Part shown: positions 32,255-42,770 of the stretch, in pieces | How positions within the stretch are numbered: the stretch's first letter is position 1 | Layout: each line of letters opens with the position of its first letter | Assembly: GCA_022448585.1 (NCBI GenBank) | Contig: JAKVCN010000009.1 | Location: 13,426-77,425, forward strand | DNA from: Puniceicoccaceae bacterium | GTDB taxonomy: Bacteria > Verrucomicrobiota > Verrucomicrobiia > Opitutales > Coraliomargaritaceae | DNA: 64,000 nucleotides | Direction: 5' to 3' | Made by a program: the position numbers and the translations under genes | The notes under the pieces: generated by a model | Databases searched by the model: none | What the model saw: only the letters and a program-made list of their open reading frames with translations | Told to the model about the DNA's origin: nothing

Positions 32255-32632
32255 ATGCCTGATACACAATCAAATACCACAAAGCCATTTTCCACTGAAC
32301 TTGGTAGCGCATTGAATGCTCTAAGAGATAAGAAGGCTGAAAATATCCGTTTATTAGATGTTAGTGATATTTCTTCTATCACAGATTACATTGTTTTAGC
32401 TACCGGCACTTCTGATCCTCACCTTAAAGCAGTGAAATCGGAACTAGATGGTGCGCTAAAATCTGCTGGTGTTTCTCTAATAGGAGAGGATCGCGATACC
32501 AACAGTGGTTGGGTGATTGTAGACGCCTTTGACTTTATGATACACTTACAAACCGATAGTATGCGCAGTTTCTATAATCTCGACCATCTTTGGAATGATG
32601 CCAACGAAATCGATGTTAGCTCAATTAAATAG
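32255..32632 (+). CDS. rsfS: Ribosomal silencing factor RsfS (Iojap)
   Basis: 125 aa with DYIVLATGTS, GWVIVDAFDFMIHLQ and YNLDHLW motifs. Confidence 0.9.
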   Translation: MPDTQSNTTKPFSTELGSALNALRDKKAENIRLLDVSDISSITDYIVLATGTSDPHLKAVKSELDGALKSAGVSLIGEDRDTNSGWVIVDAFDFMIHLQTDSMRSFYNLDHLWNDANEIDVSSIK

Positions 32633-32709
32633 AAATTCATATTTTTCATTATGTCTGAATTATCTTTCTCAATTAAAAAGGGAAATGTGAATATCTAAGT
32701 TATCAGCTA

Positions 32710-33507
32710 ATGAGTTTAAATGAAACCACTGACCTAGAATCTAGGCGCTCTTCTTATGCATATCGAGTAGTTATATTCGCTTCTATTCTAATTGGAGTAT
32801 TTTTAATTATAAAAATTGTTCTTTCTGGATTTAGTTTATCCAACTTCGAAAATACGATTCTATCTGTATTTGCTGCACTTGGTGTCACTTTGTTTATCAT
32901 TCGTGACCGATATTTAGGTAACCAATTAAAATCCTTGGAGAGTAAATATTTGAGCATTATTACATCACATAAAGAGCGAATAGAATCTATTTATTCTAGC
33001 CATTCAATTTGCTGTGCAGTAATAGATATAGTTACTCTGGAATTACTAAGAGCTAGTCCAGTATTCTATGACTTATGCTCTATCGAAAAAAACTCTGATA
33101 CTAAGGGCATAAATTTTATTTCCTTACTAAAGATAGAGAGCGATACAATGCACTCATATTTTGAACAGTTGAAGAATGGAGCTGACGATTCTGTAACCAA
33201 GGTCAACGCAGTCGGCTCTAATGACATCACTCTTTGTTTAATTATTAGTGGACGTATCTTAGCCGATGGTCATTCAGCAGAATTAATTATATTCAATTCA
33301 CCATGTGAATTAGTTGACAGTGACGAACGCCAACTCATGGTTGCTGAGCTTGATCGATATAGCCAAGGGGTGATTAGCCGTGAATCACGCATACTCGACT
33401 TGAAGAAAGAAGTTAACGACTTACTAGTAGAGTCAGGACAAGTATCACGCTACAAGGTTGATTCAAAAAGCAATGACAGTAACAATGAGATGTCGCTAAA
33501 TGATTAA
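32710..33507 (+). CDS. Hypothetical membrane protein with PAS-like module and C-terminal coiled coil
   Basis: Two N-terminal TM helices, a ~110 aa alpha/beta segment, then SRESRILDLKKEVNDLLVESGQVSRYK. It overlaps the downstream kinase gene by 8 nt. Confidence 0.55.
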   Translation: MSLNETTDLESRRSSYAYRVVIFASILIGVFLIIKIVLSGFSLSNFENTILSVFAALGVTLFIIRDRYLGNQLKSLESKYLSIITSHKERIESIYSSHSICCAVIDIVTLELLRASPVFYDLCSIEKNSDTKGINFISLLKIESDTMHSYFEQLKNGADDSVTKVNAVGSNDITLCLIISGRILADGHSAELIIFNSPCELVDSDERQLMVAELDRYSQGVISRESRILDLKKEVNDLLVESGQVSRYKVDSKSNDSNNEMSLND

Positions 33508-35365
33508 GCCCATAAAGATTCAGAGTACAAAACAATCGATTTCTCGAGTCATTTGGAATTGGGTAGGTATTCCTTTGTCCCTTATAATAATGTTATTTAC
33601 TGCATGGTTGTGCGTGGGTGCCTTCGAAAATTATACACAAGAGAGAAACGCGCTAATAGACCAGAATCTCATCAGTTCTAATTCTGATACAAAGAACGAT
33701 CTGAAAAGTTTGTATACTTCGGATACCGGTTACGAACTTCTCAAGGTTTTACGTTATGAACTTTATACCGAGTTAATGTTAGTTGCAGCTATAGGATTTT
33801 TGGGTGTGATTGTTCCTATTTTTGCATCTAAATATTTAGCAGATAGTCTAGTTCGAAATTTAAATCGCTTAAAAAGTACCTTATCGATGGATACATTATC
33901 CAATCAAGAACAAGGGTATGACTTTATCGAATTTGAAAAGATGAGTATTATGATTGGAGGCATTATATCAAAAAGTAGTGAGACACAACGCCGATGGAAT
34001 ATTGTAAAGAAGCAATTAAGCAGCGCTAATAATGATTTAATTGAACAAGCAAAGGAGCTCAAGCAAGGCCGTAAAATTGCGCTTAGCATGATGGAGGATG
34101 CAGAAAAGGCGCGGTCTCAACTTGAGGTTGCTAATAATCGTTTGAAGCAGGTCATTGAACATGCACGTCAAAGCGCTCGCGATGCAGACCATGCAAATCA
34201 CGCAAAGTCAGATTTTATGGCTACGATGAGTCACGAAATTAGAACACCATTAAACGGTGTAATTGGCTTTATAGATATGCTTGCAGAAACGCCACTTAAT
34301 GATGAGCAAAAAGACTTTGTTGATACATTACAAGTTAGTAGCGAAGCGCTACTTTTCTTAATTAGTGATATATTAGATTTCTCCAAAATTGAATCTGGGC
34401 GTCTAGATTTAGATATGCACGCACTTAATTTGAATGATTTGTTGAACGAAACTTTACGGTTGTTTCAAGCAGACGCTGCTAGTAAAAAAATCAAGTTATT
34501 ACACGAATTTGATGATGCGCTTCCAAAAGTCATCATTGGCGATGAAAAGCGCATACGGCAAATTTTGATTAATCTTTTGGGTAATGCAGTCAAATTTACC
34601 AACAATGGTTTCGTTATGTTGAAGGCTTCTGTACGGGAAAATGAAGATCAATCTTCCCAGAGTCACTTAGAGTTTGAAATTAGAGACACTGGAATTGGTA
34701 TCAAACCCAACGAGATAGATACTATATTTGAGCCATTTTCTCAGGCAGACTCTTCCACTACTCGTAGATTTGGAGGTACTGGACTAGGGCTTAGTATTAG
34801 TCGTCGTTTAGCTAGTGCTATGAATGGTCAACTGTCTGTAAAGAGTCAGCAAGGTTCTGGTTCGAGCTTCTTTTTTGATGTCATTGTAGATACTCAAAGC
34901 TATAAACTACCATCTTTAGATGCTCCGCTTAATTCTGATGTATCTCTAAATAAAAGCTTAGGAAATACTACTGACGATAGCTTGGATTTAAAGGTTCTTG
35001 TAGCTGAAGATAATTTAGCAAATCAAAACCTTCTTCGTTATATGCTCAAGCGTATGGGCTGCACGGCTCAATTTTGTATCAACGGTAAGGAATTAATTTC
35101 TTTATTATCTGAGCAAACATGGGATTTAATCTTAATGGATTTACAGATGCCTCTAATGGATGGCTTTGAAGCAACCCATGCAATTCGTAATGGAGCGGCT
35201 GGTCATAAGGCAGAGTCTATTAAGATAATCGCACTAACTGCTAATGCTCTATCAGGCGATAGAGACCGATGCTTGGATGCAGGAATGGATGCTTATTTAA
35301 GTAAACCCATAAAAATATCTACACTTAAAAAGTGTGTTGTAGCACTTTTTGAGGAAATATCTTAG
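33500..35365 (+). CDS. Hybrid sensor histidine kinase / response regulator
   Basis: Two TM helices, a coiled coil, HisKA H-box MSHEIRTPLNGVIG, HATPase N/G boxes (LINLLGNAVKFT, DTGIGI, GGTGLGLSI) and a C-terminal receiver (LVAEDN ... LMDLQMPLMDG ... LSKP). Confidence 0.9.
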   Translation: MIKPIKIQSTKQSISRVIWNWVGIPLSLIIMLFTAWLCVGAFENYTQERNALIDQNLISSNSDTKNDLKSLYTSDTGYELLKVLRYELYTELMLVAAIGFLGVIVPIFASKYLADSLVRNLNRLKSTLSMDTLSNQEQGYDFIEFEKMSIMIGGIISKSSETQRRWNIVKKQLSSANNDLIEQAKELKQGRKIALSMMEDAEKARSQLEVANNRLKQVIEHARQSARDADHANHAKSDFMATMSHEIRTPLNGVIGFIDMLAETPLNDEQKDFVDTLQVSSEALLFLISDILDFSKIESGRLDLDMHALNLNDLLNETLRLFQADAASKKIKLLHEFDDALPKVIIGDEKRIRQILINLLGNAVKFTNNGFVMLKASVRENEDQSSQSHLEFEIRDTGIGIKPNEIDTIFEPFSQADSSTTRRFGGTGLGLSISRRLASAMNGQLSVKSQQGSGSSFFFDVIVDTQSYKLPSLDAPLNSDVSLNKSLGNTTDDSLDLKVLVAEDNLANQNLLRYMLKRMGCTAQFCINGKELISLLSEQTWDLILMDLQMPLMDGFEATHAIRNGAAGHKAESIKIIALTANALSGDRDRCLDAGMDAYLSKPIKISTLKKCVVALFEEIS

Positions 35366-35492
35366 GTATTTTTAATCTATCTATTACCAGAATTTTTTTT
35401 AAGTTATTGTATTATTTGCCTCAGAATACATACTTTTAGATTAAAAGCGTCTCGACAAATTTACTTAGTTTGAAAGCCTAAATTTTACGATT

Positions 35493-36545
35493 ATGAGCCA
35501 TGACATGCAAACTGAGTTAGATTCAATCATAGAAGTTGTTTATGAAAAAGTGCCATATCTTACAACTCGTGCAGAGGTTGAGTTATATAAAGCAACAATT
35601 TTAGGACCGAAGGGCACAATGACTGCAGTGATGAAGTCAATGGGGCAGTTACCAAAAGAGGAAAGGCCCGCTGCTGGAAAATTAATTAATCAAGCAAAGT
35701 CTTCAGTCATTACAGCATTTAATGACGTTTTGCAACGCATTGATGCTAGTGAGATGGCTACGAGGCTGGGGCCATCAATTGATCCAAGTCTGCCGAGTCC
35801 AGATCCAGATAGAGGAACACTACATCCGATTTCGCAAGTACGTGAAGAAATCGTTCAATTATTTAGTAGGATTGGGTTTACAGTTGCTGAAGCTACAGAA
35901 GTAGAGACCGAGTATTATTGTTTTGACGCTTTGAATATTCCTGCGGATCACCCAGCGCGTGACATGCAAGATTCGTACTATCTTCCAGATCAGTTAACCG
36001 TTGCCAATATGTCGAAGCATGCGGATGAAAAATATTTGCTGCGAACTCATACCTCAACTGTACAGATTCGCACGATGCTCGAATCAAAGCCTCCAATACG
36101 TATCATAGCACCTGGTCGCTGCTTTCGTAGGGATACACCAGATGCAACTCACAGTGCAAACTTTCATCAGATTGAAGGTCTTTATGTAGATGAAAATGTT
36201 AGTTTACTCGACCTGAAGGCAACTCTAGATCATTTTGTAAGATCTATATTTGGTTCTAAGGCTAAAACACGCCTACGCCCTAGTTTCTTTCCTTTTACAG
36301 AACCTAGTTTTGAAATGGATTTTTATTCACCAGATCTTGGAAAGCTGAGTAATAAGTGGCTCGAGATAATGGGTTGTGGAATGGTTGATCCAGAGGTCTT
36401 TAAATCTGTTGATATTAATCCAGATCGATTTACTGGATATGCCTTTGGAATGGGTATCGAGCGCATTTCTATGATCCTTCAAGGAGTCGATGACATACGC
36501 TATTATTACCAAAATGATATACGCTTCTTAAAGCAGTTTGCTTAG
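35493..36545 (+). CDS. pheS: Phenylalanine--tRNA ligase alpha subunit
   Basis: Class II aaRS motifs (FRRDTPDATHSANFHQIEG, GMGIERI) and conserved PheS length. Followed by pheT. Confidence 0.95.
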   Translation: MSHDMQTELDSIIEVVYEKVPYLTTRAEVELYKATILGPKGTMTAVMKSMGQLPKEERPAAGKLINQAKSSVITAFNDVLQRIDASEMATRLGPSIDPSLPSPDPDRGTLHPISQVREEIVQLFSRIGFTVAEATEVETEYYCFDALNIPADHPARDMQDSYYLPDQLTVANMSKHADEKYLLRTHTSTVQIRTMLESKPPIRIIAPGRCFRRDTPDATHSANFHQIEGLYVDENVSLLDLKATLDHFVRSIFGSKAKTRLRPSFFPFTEPSFEMDFYSPDLGKLSNKWLEIMGCGMVDPEVFKSVDINPDRFTGYAFGMGIERISMILQGVDDIRYYYQNDIRFLKQFA

Positions 36546-36601
36546 TCTTCAATTGTCACCTTGTTGAACGCCATAAAAAGAACCATATAAGAGCAGTTGA
36601 A

Positions 36602-39055
36602 ATGATAATTTCCTACAATTGGCTTAAAAATTACATTGATCTCGACTCAGTCGAACATAGTCCAGAAGTGTTAGCAGATACGCTGCCTCTGTTGGGATTT
36701 GATATAGAAAACTATCAGAAGTTAGGCCCAACAGAAATGCCTAATGTGGTCGTTGGTCAAGTCATCTCTTATCAGGAGCATCCCGATGCAGATCGCTTGC
36801 GTTGTTGCGAAGTATCCACTAGCCAGCAAGGTACACCGCACCAAATTGTTTGTGGAGCAAAGAATTTTAATCCAGGAGACAAGGTGATGGTAGCTTTACC
36901 AGGAGCTGTGCTTCCAGGTGATTTTAAAATCAAGAAGTCAAAAATACGCGGTCAGCCTTCTGAGGGCATGTTATGCTCCGCTAAAGAACTTCACCTCGGG
37001 CAGGATCATGACGGAATTATGATAGTTGATGAGGATGCTTCATTAGGTACTTCAATTAATGTATTATTTTCTCAAAGCGACACGGTGTTTGATTTAGAAA
37101 TCACTCCGAATCGTGTAGATGTACTTAGCCACATTGGCGTAGCACGTGAACTTTCTGCTCGCTTCGGACTACCTGTGAAGTATCCACAACTGTCGGCAAA
37201 CATCAAAAACGACGGTGATTCGCTCCTGACTGACGTCAAGGTACAAGCTTACGATCTTTGTCCGTACTATACTGCGCTCTCGATACAAGGAGTCAAGGTA
37301 GGCCCTAGCCCAGAATGGTTGAAAGATGCGATCGAGGCTACTGGGCAGCGTTCGATAAATAATGTAGTTGATGTGACAAATTATGTTTTATATGAAACCG
37401 GTCAGCCTTTGCACGCTTTTGACGCAGCTAAGATAAGAGGAGGTAAGCTTGAGGTGCGTGCTGCGCGAAAAGATGAGTCGATTACTACTTTAGATAATGT
37501 GGAGCGAAAGTTGAATAGTAGTAACTTGGTAATAGCTGATTGTGAGCGACCCCTTGTCGTGGCTGGCTTGATGGGTACAATTGACGCAGAAGTCGATCAG
37601 CAGACCGCTAATGTGGTTTTGGAGTCCGCCTATTTTTTGCCTAAGTCGATTCGAGCTACATCACGCGCACTCAATTTATCAACAGATAGCTCGTATCGAT
37701 TTGAGCGTGGTACCGATCCAAAGGGTATCACTTATGCCTCGCTTCGCGCCGCGGATTTAATTCTCGAGGTGGCAGGAGGCTCAATTGTCGGTGATCTTAC
37801 AGAAGTTGGCACTGAGACATCTACGCTTCCTGATATAACTATATATCCTAAGCAGATCCGAGATTTTATTGGTTTCGAAGTCAGTGATGCTGTGATTCAA
37901 TCGGTACTAGAGTCACTTGACTTGCAGGTCGCTGAACACAGAGATCCTGAAAATTGTATGCGCTGGGAAGTGAGCATTCCATCATATAGAAGAGACTTGC
38001 TTCGTCCTGTTGATTTAATCGAGGAATTTATTCGTGTTTTTGGTACTGACAAAATCCCTGAAAGTGAAGTAGTTGCACGCGGTATTGGTCGCACAGATAA
38101 TCGTATGTACACTGTTAACGCTTGTGTTGCTGAATACTTGACTGGGCAAAACTTTAATGAAGCCTTTCTTTACTCATTGCGAGATCCAGAGGAAGTCCGT
38201 TATTTCTTTGGCGAATCCAGTCACGTATGCCTTGCATTAGACAACCCATTACAAAGCGACCAAAGTCACTTGCGTCCTTCGTTAATACCCGGATTGATTG
38301 ATGTGCTAGAACTCAACTCTGCGCGTGGTACTGCAGGCACTCGCTTCTTTGAGCGCGGCCATGTATATCGTGAAGTTCAGGGGCAATTAGTAGAGCTGGT
38401 ATCAGTTGGTTTCGTCATGGCTCAAGAATCCAGTCTACGAGAATGGCTTGCACGCGAATCGGAAGATTTTTACTCTTCGCGTACACTCTGTGAAAATATT
38501 CTTGAAATCGCAGGGCAGTCCGCAAAAAAATTATCTTTTCAACCAATTGTATCCTCCAAACTATGGCAGGGTGGACATGCTGCTTATGTAGGAGATCTTG
38601 GGCGTATGGGCTTTGAATTCACCTGTGGTATGATTAACATAACTACACTCAAGGAGCGCTGGGACTTAACGATACCCGTTATGGCTGGATCGATTTTAAT
38701 GACGCCACAATTTTTTAAGCGCAAAACGAAGCGCAATCGACACAAGGCAATTAGCAATCAACCGGCTTCTAGTAAAGATCTTGCCTTGATTGTAGATGCA
38801 TCGACATTGGCGCAGCAGGTGTATAATGATGTGCGCAAATTCGCACAGAAATCGTCACAAGGATTTGATTGTGAGAGCGTACGTATTTTTGACCTGTATC
38901 ATGGAGAGGGTGTACCAGAGGGTAAAAAGAGTCTCGCCTTGAATATTAGTTTTCGCGCTCCTGATCGCACACTTAAAGACAAGGAAGTGAATGCTGCGTT
39001 TGATTCGATACAACAATTGATCTGTGAAAAGACTAATTACACCATCCGTAAGTAG
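36602..39055 (+). CDS. pheT: Phenylalanine--tRNA ligase beta subunit
   Basis: 817 aa with the N-terminal ISYNWLKNYI motif, tRNA-binding OB domain, B3/4, B5 and C-terminal FDX-ACB-like domain. Confidence 0.95.
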   Translation: MIISYNWLKNYIDLDSVEHSPEVLADTLPLLGFDIENYQKLGPTEMPNVVVGQVISYQEHPDADRLRCCEVSTSQQGTPHQIVCGAKNFNPGDKVMVALPGAVLPGDFKIKKSKIRGQPSEGMLCSAKELHLGQDHDGIMIVDEDASLGTSINVLFSQSDTVFDLEITPNRVDVLSHIGVARELSARFGLPVKYPQLSANIKNDGDSLLTDVKVQAYDLCPYYTALSIQGVKVGPSPEWLKDAIEATGQRSINNVVDVTNYVLYETGQPLHAFDAAKIRGGKLEVRAARKDESITTLDNVERKLNSSNLVIADCERPLVVAGLMGTIDAEVDQQTANVVLESAYFLPKSIRATSRALNLSTDSSYRFERGTDPKGITYASLRAADLILEVAGGSIVGDLTEVGTETSTLPDITIYPKQIRDFIGFEVSDAVIQSVLESLDLQVAEHRDPENCMRWEVSIPSYRRDLLRPVDLIEEFIRVFGTDKIPESEVVARGIGRTDNRMYTVNACVAEYLTGQNFNEAFLYSLRDPEEVRYFFGESSHVCLALDNPLQSDQSHLRPSLIPGLIDVLELNSARGTAGTRFFERGHVYREVQGQLVELVSVGFVMAQESSLREWLARESEDFYSSRTLCENILEIAGQSAKKLSFQPIVSSKLWQGGHAAYVGDLGRMGFEFTCGMINITTLKERWDLTIPVMAGSILMTPQFFKRKTKRNRHKAISNQPASSKDLALIVDASTLAQQVYNDVRKFAQKSSQGFDCESVRIFDLYHGEGVPEGKKSLALNISFRAPDRTLKDKEVNAAFDSIQQLICEKTNYTIRK

Positions 39056-39106
39056 TTTATCCAAGGCAGCCTGATACGAACAAAATATCTCTTTATTTAA
39101 TTTATT

Positions 39107-39400
39107 ATGAGTGAAAAACCTTACATTGATATTGATTATGTCGCTAATTTGGCACGCATTGAACTAACGAATGAAGAAAAATCAACACTGTCTGCTCAAC
39201 TAGATGATATTCTTGGTCACTTCGAAAAGCTGAGCGCGGTTGATGTGGATGGAATTGAGCCTATGGCGCATACTCAAAATATAAACAACGTTTGGCGCGT
39301 GGGTGACACACCAGGTCCGACTTTTATAGCAGAGACACTTAAAGAAATGGCGCCAGAGCAGCGCGATAATCAAGTAGTTGTACCTAAAGTTGTTGAATAG
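39107..39400 (+). CDS. gatC: Asp/Glu-tRNA(Asn/Gln) amidotransferase subunit C
   Basis: 97 aa with VANLARIELTNEE typical of GatC. First gene of the gatCAB order. Confidence 0.9.
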   Translation: MSEKPYIDIDYVANLARIELTNEEKSTLSAQLDDILGHFEKLSAVDVDGIEPMAHTQNINNVWRVGDTPGPTFIAETLKEMAPEQRDNQVVVPKVVE

Positions 39401-39434
39401 GCTCTTAAGGTAAAAATTTTTCTAAAAGCATTTT

Positions 39435-40901
39435 ATGTCTTTTTTGCACTATAACTCGATTGCTCAGATTGCGGACGCACTGAAGGCAGGCGAAACAACC
39501 TCGGTCAAAGTGACGCAAGCGGTATTAGATCGAATCGAAGCAATTGATGGTCAAGTGCAGGCATTTCTTTGTTTGGATGCGGTCGATACTATCTCGCAGG
39601 CGCAGGCATCTGACGCGCGGCGAGCACAAGGCAGTGCTATTGGCCGGCTAGATGGTATTCCTATTGCAATCAAGGATATCTTAGCTGTCAAAGATCAACC
39701 GCTACGCTGCGCATCTAAGATGTTAGAGTCATATATTTCACCGTTTGATGCAACTTGCATACGCAGACTTCGCGATGCTGGCGCAGTAATATTCGGCCGA
39801 TTAAACATGGATGAATTTGCCATGGGTTCATCAACGGAGAACTCAGCATTTCAAACGACTTCTAATCCATGGAACTTAGATACGATACCCGGTGGATCTT
39901 CTGGAGGTAGTGCAGCCGCGATTGCAGCGGGCGAAGCGATTGCTACGCTAGGGACGGATACAGGGGGCTCAATTCGTCAACCAGCTGCTCTATGTGGTGT
40001 AGTTGGCACGAAACCTACTTACGGGCTTATCTCTCGTTATGGGCTTGTAGCCTTTGCATCTTCATTAGATCAGGTCGGACCTTTAACTCGCACAGTCGAA
40101 GATGCCGCTTTACTGATGGAAGCCATGATTGGAAAAGATGCGCTAGATTCAACTTCGATTTCGCCACAAGGCGATATATGTTATGCAGAAGCTTTGCAGA
40201 AAAAAAAGGGTCCGTGGAAACTAGGCGTACCACGTGAATTTTTTGGAAATGGTATTGACCCTGAAGTCAAGGCAAACATCGAAAATGCCATCGAATGGTA
40301 CCGCTCCCAAGGGTGTGAGATTATTGATATTTCACTTCCACATTCTGACTTAGCTGTACCGGTTTATTACATTATCGCTACAGCAGAGGCATCCTCCAAT
40401 CTAGCTCGCTTTGATGGAGTTCGTTACGGCCATCGTAGTGCGGCGGCAGATGATGTGCTCTCTTTATTTACAAAAAGCCGCGGTGAGGGCTTTGGAGAAG
40501 AAGTAAAGCGTCGAATTATACTAGGTACCTATGTTTTGAGCTCTGGATATTACGATTCTTACTATTTACGCGCTCAAAAAGTACGTACTTTAATTCGAAA
40601 CGATTTCGTAAAGGCGTTCGAGCAGGTAGACGCGATCTTGACACCAACTTCACCGACTCCAGCATTTAAGCATGGTGAGCGTAATGATGATCCGCTTGCT
40701 ATGTATCTAAGCGATATCTACACAATTTCAGTTAATCTCTCAGGACTCCCAGCTATCTCGGTACCTAGTGGTTTCACTAAAGCTGGCCTGCCAATAGGCT
40801 TGCAAGTAATTGCGCCAGCTTTTGGCGAAGCCGATTTGTTCGCCGTTGCACACTCGTTTGAGCAGGCTCATGATTATCACGAGCAAAGGCCAAAGCTTTA
40901 G
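39435..40901 (+). CDS. gatA: Asp/Glu-tRNA(Asn/Gln) amidotransferase subunit A
   Basis: Amidase signature GGSSGGSAAAIAAG ... GTDTGGSIRQPA. Confidence 0.95.
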   Translation: MSFLHYNSIAQIADALKAGETTSVKVTQAVLDRIEAIDGQVQAFLCLDAVDTISQAQASDARRAQGSAIGRLDGIPIAIKDILAVKDQPLRCASKMLESYISPFDATCIRRLRDAGAVIFGRLNMDEFAMGSSTENSAFQTTSNPWNLDTIPGGSSGGSAAAIAAGEAIATLGTDTGGSIRQPAALCGVVGTKPTYGLISRYGLVAFASSLDQVGPLTRTVEDAALLMEAMIGKDALDSTSISPQGDICYAEALQKKKGPWKLGVPREFFGNGIDPEVKANIENAIEWYRSQGCEIIDISLPHSDLAVPVYYIIATAEASSNLARFDGVRYGHRSAAADDVLSLFTKSRGEGFGEEVKRRIILGTYVLSSGYYDSYYLRAQKVRTLIRNDFVKAFEQVDAILTPTSPTPAFKHGERNDDPLAMYLSDIYTISVNLSGLPAISVPSGFTKAGLPIGLQVIAPAFGEADLFAVAHSFEQAHDYHEQRPKL

Positions 40902-40951
40902 AGGATTTCTCGCCTATATTTCAGTACACTACACTTTCACATTTTACTATC

Positions 40952-42418
40952 ATGTCTTACGAAGCAGTTATAGGTCTTGAAGTACACGTACAAATAAAGA
41001 CGCGTACGAAGATGTTTACTGCTGCGCCCTATGTTTATGGAGCGGAACCAAATACGCTAACTGATCCCGTGGTACTTGGCTTACCTGGTACCTTGCCAGT
41101 ACTTAATCACGCCGCAATTGAGAAATGTGCTAAACTAGGGCGCATGCTACAATGTACTATTGCTGAGCAGTGCAAATGGGATAGAAAAAATTACTTCTAT
41201 CCAGATTCTCCGAAGAACTACCAGTTGACTCAAAATGAACAACCGCTGTGTATTGGAGGAAAGGTTGAAATTGAATTGCCTGGGCCATCAAGAAATATCG
41301 AGGGCGATCACCGTTGGGTGCAACTCAATCGCATCCATTTAGAGGAGGATCCAGGTAAGCTGAGTCACGAGGCATTCGATACAGTCATCGACTTCAATCG
41401 TGCTGGAGTACCTTTAGCAGAGATTGTCACTGAGCCTGATATGCATAGCTCTACCGAAGCAGTGGCTTTTCTTAATGCACTTCGTAATCTCATCATCTAT
41501 GCTGACATTTCCGATTGTGATATGGAAAAGGGGCAAATGCGCTGCGATGCGAATGTTTCGCTGCGTGCGGTTGGCACCCATTTGCTTGGTACTAGGACCG
41601 AAATGAAGAATTTAAATTCTATTTCTAATGTAAAAGCTGCGATCGAATATGAGATTGCTCGGCAAACCGAGATCCTTGATGAGGGTGGGGGTATTTCCCA
41701 AGAAACGCGTCGCTGGGATGTGGAGAGCAGCAGTAGTTTTTCTTTGCGCAGTAAAGAAGAAGCACACGACTATCGCTATTTCCCAGACCCTGATTTGATG
41801 CCAGTAGTGATGAATCCACAGCGAATTGAGCAGTTGGATTCGCAGTTACCAGAACGCCCATTGGATAAGCAACGTCGTTACCAGTCGGATCTCAACTTAC
41901 CTTATACTATTACGTCGGTGTTGTGTCCGAATTTACAGTTATGTGAGTTTTTTGAGGCAGCTATAGAAGTTTACCCTTCGCCCAAGGCGATCGCTAACTA
42001 CATAACTAATGATTTGCTCCGTGAACTATCTGATGCTTCCGCATACGGAGAATCCTCTCAGATTTTGAGTGATTGTAAACTTTCGCCTACGCACATTGCT
42101 AATCTCGTTAAAATTATCGATATGGGCGTTATCTCAAAGCAGATTGGCAAGGAAGTATTTACTGAAATGTTCAACACTGGAACTATGCCAGACGTGATCG
42201 TGGAAAAAAAAGGTTTAAAGCAAAGCAGCGATAGTGGAGAGATTGAAGCATTATGCCGCGAGGCAATAATGGATAATGAAAAGGCTGTTACTGAGTATAA
42301 GGCAGGTAATATCAAGGCGCTAAATGCACTCAAAGGCCCTGTCATGAAGGCAACTAAGGGCAAAGCAAACCCAGCGATGCTTGACGATTTATTAAAAAAG
42401 CTGATCGATAATGCCTAG
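40952..42418 (+). CDS. gatB: Asp/Glu-tRNA(Asn/Gln) amidotransferase subunit B
   Basis: YEAVIGLEVHVQ N-terminus, EEDPGK, RCDANVSLR, and a C-terminal YqeY-like tail. Confidence 0.95.
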   Translation: MSYEAVIGLEVHVQIKTRTKMFTAAPYVYGAEPNTLTDPVVLGLPGTLPVLNHAAIEKCAKLGRMLQCTIAEQCKWDRKNYFYPDSPKNYQLTQNEQPLCIGGKVEIELPGPSRNIEGDHRWVQLNRIHLEEDPGKLSHEAFDTVIDFNRAGVPLAEIVTEPDMHSSTEAVAFLNALRNLIIYADISDCDMEKGQMRCDANVSLRAVGTHLLGTRTEMKNLNSISNVKAAIEYEIARQTEILDEGGGISQETRRWDVESSSSFSLRSKEEAHDYRYFPDPDLMPVVMNPQRIEQLDSQLPERPLDKQRRYQSDLNLPYTITSVLCPNLQLCEFFEAAIEVYPSPKAIANYITNDLLRELSDASAYGESSQILSDCKLSPTHIANLVKIIDMGVISKQIGKEVFTEMFNTGTMPDVIVEKKGLKQSSDSGEIEALCREAIMDNEKAVTEYKAGNIKALNALKGPVMKATKGKANPAMLDDLLKKLIDNA

Positions 42419-42530
42419 CAGCTTGCTTGGCTGTGCTTGATTAGTGCAAACTAATGTGCTCGTAAGCTACTTGTGTTTGTTTTCGGTGCTTTCTTTCTTG
42501 AGCGTTAGTGCTCTTATCTAAAGCGGCTTG

Positions 42531-42551
42531 CAATCGATTTTCGATTGTTTT
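42531..42551 (+). terminator. Possible intrinsic terminator of gatCAB
   Basis: CAATCGA-TTT-TCGATTG is a perfect 7 bp hairpin followed by TTTT. The stem is AT-rich, so confidence is modest. Confidence 0.4.
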
Positions 42552-42740
42552 GCGCTACCATTACAAGGGGTCGTCTGATAGCTTAGCATCGGCTACTGCG
42601 ACACCTTGCTGTGCCAATTAGTTATTATCGAACTTTAGTTCGAGTAGTTGGATTTACCTGCAATGATCAAATGCGCCTCTCCAGTAGACCCAATTCTCAG
42701 AGGAAGTTTTTTCATCAGTAAGTATCAGTGATAGATGCAC

Positions 42741-42770
42741 AAAAAACCCGTAGACTACAAAGTCTACGGG
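42741..42770 (-). terminator. Strong intrinsic terminator on the minus strand
   Basis: The minus strand reads CCCGUAGACU-UUGU-AGUCUACGGG (perfect 10 bp stem) followed by UUUUUU. On the plus strand no U-tract follows, so it is unidirectional. Confidence 0.78.
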
